From Mobula hypostoma (lineage: Eukaryota): a DNA stretch of 64,000 nucleotides. The position numbers were made by a program, and so were the translations under genes. The notes under the pieces were generated by a model. That model was given only the letters and a program-made list of their open reading frames with translations, ran no database searches and was not told where the DNA came from. Shown here one piece after another: positions 36,640 to 48,820 of the stretch (position 1 is its first letter; each line of letters starts with the position of its first letter). The stretch spans positions 39,620,001 through 39,684,000 of the forward strand of contig NC_086097.1 of the NCBI RefSeq assembly GCF_963921235.1. Direction: 5' to 3'.

Positions 36640-37705
36640 TCAGTCAAAATCAAGGTCAAGTTGATTGTCCTATGTACAAGTCTAACAAAAAACCTACTTG
36701 CAGCAGCATCTGAGCACATAGCACCAGATATGCAACATTCACAAGAAAAACACAAAATAGAAATAAATGATACACAATTTATATAAGGAAAACACAACTC
36801 GAACAAAAAAGGCCAAGTCCATTTTAGTGCAAAGCGAAGAAATAATCACCGAGTTGCTGTACTGCAGTGATTAGGATGGCGCTGCTTGGTTCAAGAACCA
36901 AATGGTTGAAAGGAGTTGGCTGCTTTTGAATCTGGTGGTGTGGGACTTTGGGCATCTGTGTAGCCTGCCCAATGGTACCAGCTACAAGATGGTGTGGCCT
37001 GGATGGTGGACGTTTTGATAATGGATGTTGTCTTCCGTAGATACCGCTGATGGTGGGGGGGGGGTGGTATGTGCCCTTGCCCTGCGTCCACTACCCTCAC
37101 AGTTTTTTTCCATTCCTGTCACTTTCAACAATGCTTTTGTAGAAGTTTGTTCGAGTGTTTGTTGACAAGCCAAACCTCATTAACCTCATAAGAAAGTAAA
37201 GATGCTCTGGCATCTTCCTTGCATGTATGTGCTGGTCCCAGGACAGCTCATCAAATAGGTTCAAGCCCAGGAATTTAAAGCCACCGAATCTCTCTACTGC
37301 TGATCCTTCAATGTAGACTGGAGCATGTTTACCCTCCCTTCCTTTCATAAAGTCAACAAACAGCTTATTACTGATGTTGAGTGAGAGTTTGTTGTTGTAG
37401 TGCACTCAGCCACATGCCCCTATCTTGCTCATGTAAGCTGACTCATCACCATCTGTGATTTGTCCAACAACAGTGTCATAGGCACATTTATATATGGCAT
37501 TGGAACTACTGTATGCTTCCCACACAATCATATGAATATAGGTGCTAGGGCAGGAGCTAAGGATGCAGCTGGAGGTGCAGCTTTGTTCACGATCAGCCAG
37601 GAGGAGATGCTGTTACCAATCCTCACAGATTGAGGTCTGTGATGAGGATGTTGAATACCCAGCTGCAGAGGTAGGTACTGAGGCCCAGGTCTTGAAGCTT
37701 GTTAG
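36640..37705 (-). mobile_element. Rex1/Babar-like RT and 3' fragment
   Basis: FKFLGLNLFDELSW, LYFLMRLMRF, (TTGACC/TTGATT) tail near 36643-36665. Confidence 0.8.
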
Positions 37706-38174
37706 TAACAATCAACTAGAAACAAATTGGAAGATAATTGGTAGCAATCAGAAAGTTGGGACAAGCATAGAATATATTTGCTGAACAGAGAAATTCATGG
37801 ACCATAAGGCATTGTACAGAGATATCAAAGAGGGTTTAGATATTCTCTTTACAAAAATGGCTTTGTGAAGTATTATGTTAGTTGCAGAAGAGTGCTAATA
37901 GGAAGAAGAATTAATACCAAGTCAATATTTTGCCCTATATGAATTTCAAGACCTGGGACTATCTAGCTCTGCTACTAAAAAGGCAGCAAACAGATAGGTC
38001 AAAAGAAGACTGAGCACTATAGAAAACTAGCTAAAAGATATATAATTTTTTAAAATTTAAGTTTATGTGGCTGCAGAATGCAAACATCTATAAAAGACCT
38101 AAGGCAGCCAGGGAGGAGATGTTGCGGATTCACTAGTGTTGGTGGTTTGTATAATCTGATCTGGTGGTGTTGTC

Positions 38175-38495
38175 ATGGAGTCATACAGCACAGAAACAGG
38201 TTCATCAACCCAGCAAGTCCATGCCGACTGTATTGTTCACCCAGCTAGTTCCAATTTCCTGCATTTGGCCCATATCCGTCCAGGTCTACTGTGTTTCTAT
38301 CCAAGTGCTTCTTAAATGATCCTATTGTTTCTGCCTCAATCACTTTCTCTGGTAGTTCATTCCATGGACTCAGCAGCTCCGCATGGAAATGTTTCCCCTT
38401 GGGTCATTCTCACCTTAAATCTATCCCCTTAGGGTTGGACTCCACTACCCTGAGGAAAATACTGTTACTATCCACCTTACCTATGCCTCTTTATC
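38175..38495 (-). mobile_element. CR1 3' end fragment
   Basis: ATACAGCACAGAAACAGG... 3' UTR as at 275-330. Confidence 0.7.
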
Positions 38496-38519
38496 TCTCT
38501 GTACCTCACTCTGTGCCTT

Positions 38520-39008
38520 GCAGCTCTCTGGATTGTGTATCTGATTGTTCACAATTGCCTAGAGTTGTGGACACAGCTCTGCACATCATGGAAACCAGCC
38601 TGCTCTCTTTGGAATTTCGTCTATACTTCCTGCTGCCTTGGCAAGGCAGCCAGCAAAATCAAAGACCCTCTCACTGTGGACTTTGTCTCTTCTGCCCTCT
38701 CCCATCGGACGGAAGATACAAAAGCCCGAAAGCGTGTATCACCAGGGCAGCTTCTGTCCTGCTGTTATCAGATTCTTGAATAAGATGGACTCTTGTCCTC
38801 ATAATCTACCTTGTTATTATCTTGCACTTTATTGCTTACCTGCACTGCATGTTCCCTGTAGCTTTTGCCTTTTATTCTGTATTGCTACTGTTTTACCTTG
38901 TTCTACCTCAATGAAATGTGTGATGATTTGATTTGTATGAACAACACACAAGACAAGCTTTTCACTGTATCTTGGTGCATATGACAATAATAAGCCAATA
39001 CTTCCAAT
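38520..39008 (+). mobile_element. Rex1/Babar-like 3' end
   Basis: CLGKAASKIKDP, LPSDGRYKS, and a UTR ending ACAATAATAAGCCAAT. Confidence 0.75.
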
Positions 39009-40261
39009 CTGTTTTATTTAAGACTGTGTTGTGCAAGAGTTGGAACAGTTGAATAACTGATTTTATCCCTTCTTCCCATTAAGTAGATTTACATTTCAAA
39101 TTGCTTTCTATGTTAAGCAATTTACAATTATTTGGGCAAATTTGGACTTGTCTTGGCATTTTTATTCTTTTACCAATCACATCAAAATTAGTTGGGGGCA
39201 CATTTTTCTTGACAGCTTGCAATGACTTTCCTTTCTCAGCATAAAATCACCGGGATAGAAGCTTTATCAGTAACTGGGCTAATCACTTACTTTTATTCAT
39301 TCAGTATGAACAAGTTCAGCATTTGATGCCTATCCTGATTCGCCCAGAGAAAATGGAGACACGTTGCTTTTTGATCTCTTGCAGTTGTAATGAAGATCTG
39401 CGCAAGCTGATGCTCGCAAAATGAATTTAGACTCATTTTTGTTTGGTAGGCGACAATAACCATTTAATAGACCTAAACTGATCAAAGGCTCTGTGCCTTT
39501 CTTCTTTTACAGTTCCTCAGAATCAGGGATAATTTGCTTCCAATCTGGTTTTGTGGGTTCTTTGGTTTTATTCACTCTTTGAAATGCAATAATGATTTGC
39601 TTACAACCTCCTGACAAGAAATATGAAGATTTTGTTACCCTCTTAATGAACACGAAGAAGCTGCAGGATCACCCAATGGGATATGTACAGTAATTGTGTT
39701 TATTGCTCGCTAAGACTGGTAACGAGAGGAAGAGGAGAGTGGTTGTTCCAAGCACTGATCAAACGGAGTAGAGCGTTTGATGTTGAGAGATTGCTGGTGG
39801 TTTCACGTCAACAAAAACAAGAAATCCCAGCAAGGTGAAGGGAGAAAATGGTTAAATCTTCAGGTGAGCAAGGTCGCTTGGGCGATGTCATTAATCAGAG
39901 GAAAGAATGGAAAAGTTTCCACTTTCACAGATTTAACAGCAGGAATTGTTTTGATCTACATTACAATCTGACAACATATGTTATATTTTATCTGTAATGT
40001 GAATGCCCTGAGTTCAATGGAAAGTGGGACTGGAGTCTGATGAGGAGATGTCATTGTGCCATAAAAGTCACTCCTCCCTCTGTGCTTCAATAGTACACAC
40101 TGAGAGATTACGGAATGATAGAACACACCTCTAAGTGCTCCCAGAATAGATGTAGGAATATTTTTATTTTAAAAGACCCACTCATGTGATCACGAGTTGT
40201 CGAGTTCCACCGACAACAGAGTTTGTGACTTTGTTACACTGCAATACATGAGTCCACCTGC

Positions 40262-40360
40262 TACAGTCCTGCCGAAGGATTCCGCCCGAAACCTCGACTG
40301 TACTCTTTCCCATAGATGCTGCCTGGCCTTCTGAGTTCCTCCAGCATTTTCTGTGTGTTG
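40262..40360 (+). mobile_element. About 100-bp Penelope tail-only insertion beginning at a degenerate hammerhead
   Basis: TGCTACAG at 40259-40266 and 40359-40366. AGTC CTGCCGA AGGATTCCGCCC GAAA CC TC GACT. Confidence 0.75.
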
Positions 40361-40959
40361 CTACAGACTCATCATGTTTTCCCAGTTCTTCAAGTGGCAC
40401 CGTCACCTTGCACTGAATCAAATATAATTTGATTTTTATAAGTTCCCCAACATGGTTCTGTGGTGTTCAATGACTGTTAGATATATAATATGACAGAATT
40501 TAATTGCGGGCACACAAAGGTAATTGACAGGCATCCAAGTACCCATTAACTTATGCTTTGAGTCTTGTAATATGGAATAGGTGGGGAACAGGGGACATTA
40601 AACTTTTTTTCTCTATTCCATTCTGTAACAGATAAATATCTTTCTCACGCAGAAAGTGCTGACATTTGTCATTGCTTTTGGGGATTAGGTAGGATCCAAA
40701 AATGCAGCATTGAATGAATTGGGGCTATTATTATCTAATCGATCTGCATCAACTCTTTCAATAATGACCTTGAAGCACTTGAAAGCTCAATAAGTAATCT
40801 ACCTACCTAGAAGTTATCTCCTGAATTTGTTAAGAACCCATGCCTCTAATGAAATAAAAATAGAAAATGCTGTCAAAACTCCACAGGTCACACAACATTT
40901 GTAGAGAAAGAAACAGACTGAGGAAGTGCAAGAAATATTGAAGGTCATAGGCTTCATAA

Positions 40960-41620
40960 ATCTAAAGGACTTCCAGAATTCATCCCAGGATGATTGGGGG
41001 AGATCGCTGGGGCCTTGTACGTAGATCTTTGCCATGGATGAGGTAGCAGAAGACTGGAGGACAGATAGTGTTCGTTTGTTCAAACAGGGCAGTAAGGATA
41101 AATATGGAAAGTCCAGGCTGTGGGCACTATATTAGTGCTGGGGAAGTTGTTGGAGAAGATTCTGAGGAACAGTATTTATGTTCACTTGGATAGGCAGGGA
41201 CTGATTAGGAGTCAATCTGGTTTTGTGTGTGGAAAATGATGTCTCAATGAGTTTTTTGAGGAGTTTCCCAAGTATTTATTTATTAAGATGCAGCACTGGA
41301 TAGGCCATTCTGGCCCTTCAAGCCAGGCTGCCCAGCAACCCCAGATTTAACCCTAGCCTAAACACAGGACAATTTACAAAGAGCAATAACCTACCAAGCA
41401 GTACGTCTTTGGAATATGGGAGGAAACTGGAGCACCCGGAGGAAACCCACACGGCCACAGGGAGAACATAAAATCTCCTTACAGCCGGAGGGGTGATAAT
41501 GAAAGAAAAGCAGTACATATGGTTTCCATGGACTTAGTTTGTTTCTTGACAAGGTCTTGCATAGTAGGTTGTTCAGCAGATCAAGGAATCTGAGCTATAT
41601 TGGCAAAGTGGATCCATAGT
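40960..41620 (+). mobile_element. Decayed CR1 RT fragment interrupted by a SINE
   Basis: EDWRTDSVRLFKQG, KLLEKILR, DKVLHSRL remnants. Confidence 0.7.
41275..41495 (-). mobile_element. V-SINE (HE1-like) partial copy
   Basis: Reverse complement of GGGAGGAAACTGGAGCACCCGGAGGAAACCCAC is the same central domain as 20850-21032. Confidence 0.78.
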
Positions 41621-42230
41621 GACAGACACAAATGCTGGCGGAACTCTGCAGGTCAGGAAGCATCTATGGAAATGAATAAACACTCAGATTTCGTGCCAAG
41701 TCTCTTTAACAGGACTGGAAAGGAAGTGGGGAGATGCCAGAATAAAAAGGTGAGGGGAGGGGAAGGAGGACTAGCTAGATCGTGAGAGGTGAGGCCAGGT
41801 GGCTGAGAAAGGTAAAGGGCTGGAGAAGAAGGAATCTGATAGGAGAGGTGAGTGGACCATGGGAGAAAGGGAAGGAGGGACAAAAGGGGAAGAGATAGGC
41901 AGGTGAGATGAAGAGGTAAGAGACCAGAGAGGGGAATAGAAGAAGAGGGAAGAAGAATGGAATAAAAAATTACTGGAAGGAGAAATTGATGTTCATGCCA
42001 TTAGGTTGGAGGCTACCAAGACAGAATATGAGATGTTGCTCCTCCATCCTGAAACCTCAACATGGCAAAAGAGGAGGCCATGGATCAACATGCTGGAATG
42101 AGACTGGGGATAGGAATTAAAATGGTTGGCCACTGGGAAATTCTGCTCTTGGCGTATGGAGTGGAGGTGCTCAACAAAGCCGTCCCCCAATTTACATCAG
42201 GTTTCACCAATGTAGAGGAGGCCGTATCTG
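41620..42230 (-). mobile_element. Penelope-like 3' fragment (GIY-YIG end and UTR), older copy
   Basis: LGDGFVEHLHSIRQ..PVANHFNS, colinear with 24960-25620. Confidence 0.88.
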
Positions 42231-42679
42231 CAACCAGAGTCCTTGATGAGGATAGTTTGGACCAAGTGCTGGAGTATGCAAAGCAAGAATCAAGACACAG
42301 CATCAGACTGGAGTGAGAAGTGAGTACAAGCAAGTGCTAAACAGTATCACTGGTTAGGCTTACGACTGAGCACTGAATCTCAGTTCAGGTGCTCTTTAAA
42401 CACTCAATTCTTGGTGCCCAAAGTATGATTGCCAATTAGCGGGACCATCCTGAAACCTCAAAGGAGCTGTGCCAGCTATCCAAACTCCAGAGAGTTAGAC
42501 TGTCCAAATTCCAGAAGCTGGTGCAGATGGGAGTGTCTTGTAACAGGACCCCCTGCCATACGGCCGACTTCCGATGGCCCTGGCTGCTCGGGGAGACTGC
42601 GATGGTAGTCGTGGAAGACAATCGTATCCAAGGTACCTCTTACAGGCACCCAACACTCCTCTGACAGGCTTTATCACTG

Positions 42680-42985
42680 TCTGAAATGGGGGATATGGTG
42701 GCAGGGGTGGTTGCTACTGCACCGGACTGAAAGAAGCTACAGAAAGTTGTAAAATTAGTCAGCTTCATCCTGGTACCAGCCTCCACAGTATCCAAGACAC
42801 TTTCAAGAAGTGGTGCCTTTCTGAGGACCCCCATCTCCCAGGGCATGCCTTCTTCTCATTACCGTCAAGTAGGAGGTACAGAAGCCTGAAAGCACACACT
42901 CAGTGATTCAGGAACAGCTTCTTCCCCTCTGCGATCCGATTCCTAAATGGACATTGAACGGATGAACGCTACCTCACTTTTTTTT
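42680..42985 (+). mobile_element. Rex1/Babar-like 3' fragment
   Basis: KKLQKVV, PSSRRYRSLKA, FRNSFFPSAIRFLN. Confidence 0.75.
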
Positions 42986-42989
42986 AGGA

Positions 42990-43345
42990 TGAATTAAAGA
43001 CTGGGACAGCCAACAAGGGACCTAGAGGTCCTCATTGACCAGTCCATCCACCTTATCGATCATCTGGCAGAGAGTAAGAGCGACTATATTATGAGGCCAA
43101 GGACGGTTAGCCCGAACCCAGTCTCAATCTATTGTGGTTCCACCCCCCAATCTCTGACAATGACCAGCCTGTCCCGCCTCCTGCTCGGGACTCAATGGAG
43201 CCTATACAGATTGGTTACATGAGTCTCTCTGCCGATGAGAGGTCCTGGCGTCGGAATCAATGTTGCTGTTATTACTGCGGGGAAGCAGTCACCTGTGGGC
43301 CGAATGTCCGAAGCTGCAGCCACCTGGAGAACTGCTAAGACTGTC
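42990..43345 (+). mobile_element. Ty3/Gypsy gag C-terminal fragment with zinc knuckle
   Basis: EPIQIG...ERSWRRNQCCCYYCGEA, then after a frameshift SHLWAECP (CX2CX4HX4C). Confidence 0.75.
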
Positions 43346-43685
43346 CAGTATGTTCACGGGATATTTGCATGGAATTCTGCATAGGTATATTCCAACGAGA
43401 CAGGGCAAGGATGGTAGGGTACAGGAACCGTGGTGTACAAAGGCTGTTGTAAATCTAGTCAAGAAGAAAAGAAGAGCTTATGAAAGGTTCAAAAAGCTAG
43501 GTAATGATAGAGATCTAGACGATTATCAGGCCAGCAGGAAGGAGTTTAAGAATGAAATTAGGAGAGCCAGAAAGGACCATGAGAAGACCTTGGCGGACAG
43601 GATTAAGGAAAACCGCAAGGCATTCTACAAGTATGTGAAGAGCAAGAGGATAAGACGTGAGAGAATAGGACCAATCAAGTGTATG
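43346..43685 (+). mobile_element. CR1 ORF2 internal fragment
   Basis: EPWCTKAVVNLVKKK...RIKENRKAFYKYVKSKR, matches 1800-2000. Confidence 0.9.
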
Positions 43686-43834
43686 AAGCAGCACCAATGC
43701 AGACATCAATGCAGCATTGAAAGAGTTAGGAAGCGTTACCAGGGAAGGCTTGGAACATGGATTATTCTACATAGCTAACAAAAGGCAGGCATAGCTGGGA
43801 CCAATGTGGGTGTCCTTTGAGTTTGGAGTTTGAA

Positions 43835-44725
43835 AATGTATCCCTAACTGGCTTTGTATTAGGAGGAGCAGGGTGATGATGGATAGATACTTTTCTGACT
43901 GGAACATGTTATGTACCTCGGACATACATGTTGGGATCTTTATTATTTACTTAGATAAGAACGTATGGGATATGAGCAATCTTTAAAATAATGTTTTTTT
44001 TGAGACATTGTGAGTGTTGCTTACTTTGATGTACTCGTGTTAATTTTGGATAATAATAATAATAATAATAAAAAGATTTGAAAAGAAAAAAAAGAGATAT
44101 GAACAGTAAGTTTGCAGAGGACATGGAAATTCTTGTAGTCCAAGATAGCAAAGAAGGTTGTCTCAGGGTACAGTCAAACAGAGATCAGTTCAAAAGTTGA
44201 AAGTTGTATATGGAATTTAATTCAGACAAATGTCAGGTAATGCACTTTGGGAAATCCTATTCTGGTTGGACATATAAAATAAGGGAGAGACTTCGGGAGT
44301 CCTTGGGTTAAAAGTCTATAGCTCTCCGGAAGTGGCAACACATGCAGATAACGTAATCAAAAAGGCATTTGGATAGGTACTTGTATGGTTGCTCTAGTTC
44401 TTGATCTGGATTCCCTTAACCTGGGGAAAAAGGACTCTGACTATCTACCCTCTCTTTCTTTAGCGTTGCTACATCCTTCCCGTGGTGTGGTAACCAGAAC
44501 CATACAAAAATTCCAAGTGCAGACTAGCCAATGTTTTGTACAGCAGATCGTCCCAACTCTTGTAATCAATGCCTTGACCTATGAAGGCAAGCATGCCAAA
44601 TGAAACCTTTAGTAGTCTTCCCACCTGTTCTCCATTTTCATTGAGTTATGACCCTGCAACCCCAGGGTCTTCTATCAACACTCCTGAGGTCCCTACCATT
44701 GACTGTATATGTCCCGTTAATCTTT
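43835..44725. mobile_element. Old CR1 fragments, plus strand (about 43835-44380) then minus strand (about 44385-44725); (TAA)n at 44051-44071
   Basis: KFAEDME and NSDKCQVMHFGK on the plus strand; antisense remnants follow. Confidence 0.55.
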
Positions 44726-44729
44726 GATA

Positions 44730-45990
44730 CCCACAAACACACTTTTCCTCTGATTCCCAGAGGTTGGTGTGCTGGGATGGTAGTGATTTTTTATCATTGA
44801 TATCTCTCCTTGCTGAGATCTCTCAATAAAGATGTGGGAAGTGGGTCATGTATTCTAGGATCTTGCTATGAATCTTTGTTGCCAGAGGGTCGTGTTGCAG
44901 AGAGGGGCAGGTGGTTCTGTGGCTGTTGAGAATAAGGACCTTATTTGTATGCTTTAGTGAATGAGTTGATGAAGGTTTGGATCTTGGTCTCCAAACGGGC
45001 TCATACGCATGTGTCATCTGTATCGATGAATGAAGCTAGGATGACGGTATTCTAAAGTGGAATAACAATTTTCTTTTGTTCGTGAGTATCTGGAAGATTG
45101 TTGGAGTTGAAATACAGCATTATGTGAGGAAAAACTGAGAAAAATTTGATTGCAATGATGAGGCCTCACTTGACACCTACCTGAACTCATACACTGCCTG
45201 TTGTGGATGGTCATTTGAGGCCATGGCTTTCTTGCTGTCACGTACCAGCCAGGAGATCGAATCAAGGTTCTGTGGGCAAGCAAATTTGAGAAGGTTACTC
45301 CATTGTTCCTCTCTATTGACAGCATTTGGGGGGGAGGGGTCAAGACTGGTTGTGTAAAGTGATTGACGCTTTCCTAGCATTTCTCAGAGTGTGACAGAGA
45401 CCTGGCCATTGTGCCTTCTGATATTTCAATTCTTCAGTCATTAGGAGGGGAAAATCAGAGAGAATACTGCTGATGAGTTTCTCTGTGGCAGATGTTAGTG
45501 GAAAACTATCTGTAGTTACCTCAGCCATATTGTTTTCTGAAGCTGGTCTCAAAAATGGCATCACTAATTTATACTGTTAGCCTTCTGCCAACAGTTCATA
45601 TTTGCGATTGAATTTCCTCACTGCTAAGCTTTAGAACTACAACCGGGATACTGTCTGTTCCTGAGTTATTGTTGTTGCTTCTTTGGCATCTGTCCTTTTC
45701 ATCTTCTTGCCAGCCAGAAGTTGTCATTAGGCTAGACTGTGTGGTTTTCTGTGGAGTGAAATCAAATTCAGAAGTATGATTGAGGAGCTCTTTGAAGTGT
45801 TTCTTCCAATGGGTGCTATCTTCTTCTCTGTCCTTGATAACAGAGAGGTTAATTGTCTGCCCTATGTTCTTGGCTGTTGTAGAGGTGGTATCTTGAGTGT
45901 TTGGACCCTGACAGCATTGAGGAATCTGTGTATGTCATGGTTATCAGTTAAAACACTTGAGCTTCTGGGTTAAGGTGTCAGAATGACATT
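44730..45990 (-). mobile_element. Degraded RTE-clade LINE RT region
   Basis: GVK*GLIIAIKFFSVF (GVKQG motif) and YTDDTCV*ARLETKIQTFINSFTKAY on the minus strand at about 45175-44945. Confidence 0.65.
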
Positions 45991-46204
45991 CAGATCTGTT
46001 GCTAATGGTACTATCCTTGAGAGTCTCACATTCTGGATTTCAAATTCACTGAGCAGCAGAATTAACTGTGACTTGTTTGGTTTGATGTGGATTAGCCACT
46101 GCATACCAGCTAATACATAGGCTTGATAAAATGACACTTTGGTCCAGTGTCAAGAAGGTTGAAGGTGACCAAGGACCAGACAGTGCTGCACGAACACTAG
46201 CAAA

Positions 46205-46308
46205 CTCGCACACACGCTCGCGCATGCGCGCACACACACACACACACATTTGCACACACATGCACGTGTGCACGCATACACATACATAGACACACATGCA
46301 CACTCACA
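46205..46308. repeat. Compound (CA)/(CG)/(TG) alternating purine-pyrimidine microsatellite
   Basis: CGCACACACGCTCGCGCATGCGCGCACACACACACACACAC... Confidence 0.9.
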
Positions 46309-46703
46309 ATAGGATGAGTATTTCAGCAGGTTTTGCACCTACATAATATTTTAATAAAGGATTAAACTGCACAGGTTATCTTAGCTTTGCCAGCTCTCTG
46401 TAGAGGGACATGTTTGTTCTTCAGATGAACTGGGTTGGCTGAGGGAAGCTCGTTCATGAGCAATTTGTTCAAGTATCCACAACATGCCATCGATTCCACT
46501 TTTCAGCTGGGGTCATCTTTGTGTCAAAGCCGATTTTTGCTTCACTCTTCACCTCAAAGTAAGAAGGATGGTGTCACCACGATAACCCATTCTGCATCTT
46601 TACCATCTCCTTCAGTTGTATGTTTGTATTGTTAGGTTGTTGCAGATACAGAAAATATAAGTTGATGTTTTGAGCGTAAGTATGTGAACTGTAACACTCA
46701 GAG

Positions 46704-46927
46704 CAACATACATCAAAGTTGCTGGTGAACGCAGCAGGCCAAGCAGCATCTATAGGAAGAGGCGCAGTCGACGTTTCAGGCCGAGACCCTTCGTCAGGAC
46801 TAACTTCCTTCAGTCTCGGCCTGAAACGTCGACTGCGCCTCTTCCTATAGATGCTGCTTGGCCTGCTGCGTTCACCAGCAACTTTGATGTATGTTGCTTG
46901 AATTTCCAGCATCTGCAGAATTCCTGT
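46704..46927. mobile_element. Young foldback Penelope-tail mini-insertion with 14-bp flanking duplication
   Basis: TGTAACACTCAGAG at 46690-46703 and 46928-46941. Perfect 86-bp inverted repeat (46702-46787 and 46813-46898) with a 25-nt spacer. Confidence 0.93.
46766..46801 (-). ncRNA. Minimal type I hammerhead ribozyme motif (intact core)
   Basis: Minus strand AGUC CUGACGA AGGGUCUCGGCCU GAAA CG UC^GACU: stem I AGUC/GACU, CUGANGA and GAAA boxes, GUC triplet, helix III reduced to the palindrome ACGU. Confidence 0.8.
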
Positions 46928-47717
46928 TGTAACACTCAGAGTGTTGGTTTCCAGCAGGTAAGCTTACAGAGAAGCTGACGGAGATACTGAGTAATTTTTA
47001 CCAGTGGATGCCAGGTCATTCTTTAAGTTGAAGCGTATAGACATGCAGTATTTCAGCGGATATTGCACTAAAAGAAATAACTTCTGCTGAGGATATTTTG
47101 GCTATAAAACCTGTCAATAGAGGAACATGATTCTAATATGTAGCATTCATTAATGGTTGTTCAGTTCACTGAATATTGTACTCTGGAGAGTAATGTGTTA
47201 ATGACTGAGAATCCATTGATTGTGCAGGATCAGGACATTCACTGAAGGTCTGAATTCAGATAAAACATGACCAGGTAGATAAATTTACAAAATACCAGAT
47301 GAAGTCTGGGATGGAATTTAATGTGGTCATTTACCAGTCTGAGTAGAATAGACATGTAAATGTGTCCATGCCTTGTGTCATTTGGTTTAAATAAATCACA
47401 GGAGTATTTATTGGTAATGATTTTTTCCGAACAGTTTCAACAAGTTTCTAAGGTATTTTCTATGTCAGTCCGTCATGCAATTTGTGTTCCTTTGTCATGT
47501 TGTGGGCTTTATAGAAGGAATTCTAGAATTATATTATTATCAAGGACAGCTCTGCATGAAATATTAGAGTTGTTATACAATGGTCATGAAATCTGTTGTT
47601 TTGCAGAAGCAGTACATTGCAATACCTAATAATAAAGACTATAAATTACAATAAATAGATATACAGTATTTACTCCATACCTGACGGTGATGCAACCAGT
47701 TAGAATGCTCTCCTCTG

Positions 47718-48820
47718 TGCAACACATACAAAATGCTGAAGGAACTCAGCAGGCCAGGCAGTATCTATGGAAAAGAGTATAGTCGACATTTCAACAGAGA
47801 CGTTTCATTAGGACTGAAGAAAAAGAAAGATGGGGAGTTGGAGTTAGAAGGTGGAGGGGGTGGGGGGAGGAAGACTCACAAGGTGATCGGTGAATCTGGG
47901 AGGTGGGGGGAGGGTGAAGTAAACTGCTGGGAAGCTGACTGGTGAAAGAGATACAGGGTTGGAGAAGGGGGAGTCAGATAGGAGAGGACAGAAGGCCATG
48001 GAAGAAAGAAAATTGGGAGGAGCACCAGAGGGAAGTGATGGGCAGGTAAGGAAATAAGGTGAGAGGGGAAAGGGATTGGGGAATGGTGAAGATTGGTGGG
48101 CATTACCGGAAGCTGGAGAAATCAATGTTCATGCCATCAGGTTGGAGGCTACCCAGACGGAATATAAGGTGTTGCTCTTCCAACCTGCGTGTGGCCTTAT
48201 TGCGACAGAAGAGGAGGTCATGGGTTGACACGTCAGAATGGGAAGTGGGTGGCCACTGGGATATCCCACTTTTTCTGGCAGATGGAGCATATGTGCTTGA
48301 CAAAATGGTCTCCCAATCTATGTTGGGTCTCACCAATATACAGGAGGCCACACTGAGAGCACTGGATATAGTAGATGACCCCAGCAGACTCACAGTTGAA
48401 GTGTTGCCTCACCTGGAAGGACTGTTTAGGGTCCTGAATGGTAGTGAGGGAGGAAGTGTAGGGGCAGGTGTAGCACTTGATACACTTGCAAGGATAAGTG
48501 CCAGGAGGGAGATCAGTGTGGAGGGACGAATAGACAATCCCTGCAGAAAGCAGAAAGTGGGGGGAGCGGGAAAGATGTGTTTGGTGGTGGAATCTCAATG
48601 GAGATGGCAGAAGTTATGGAGAATTGTGCGCTGAATGCGAAGGCTAGCGGGGTGGTAGGTGAGGACAAGAGGAACCCTATCCCTCGTGGGGTGGCGGGAG
48701 GATGGGGTGAGGGCAGACGTGCATGAAATGGAAGAGTTGCAGTTGAGGGCAGCGTTGATGGTAGAGGAAGGGAAGAAGTAGGAGACCTTCTTCATTCTGG
48801 AATGAAAAGCCTCATCCTAT
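47718..48820 (-). mobile_element. Penelope-like 3' fragment (thumb, GIY-YIG, UTR), frameshifted
   Basis: GVIYYIQCSQCGLLYIGETQHRLGDHF and RLEEQHLIFRLGSLQPDGMNIDF, colinear with 24960-26130. Confidence 0.92.

Noticed and set aside
43346..43685. Piece excised from the deletion in the first CR1 (near 2003) and moved here
   Set aside because: It overlaps sequence still present at 1800-2000 and differs from it, so it is an independent copy of an abundant family.
46046..46338. Cys/Val-rich ORFs
   Set aside because: Translation of a (TG)n microsatellite.
46702..46898. DNA-transposon MITE or rho-independent terminator
   Set aside because: The arms are Penelope 3' tail sequence, the inverted repeat does not reach both ends of the insertion, and the context is eukaryotic.
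48059..48634. 191-aa plus-strand ORF
   Set aside because: Antisense to the Penelope GIY-YIG region; no independent coding evidence.
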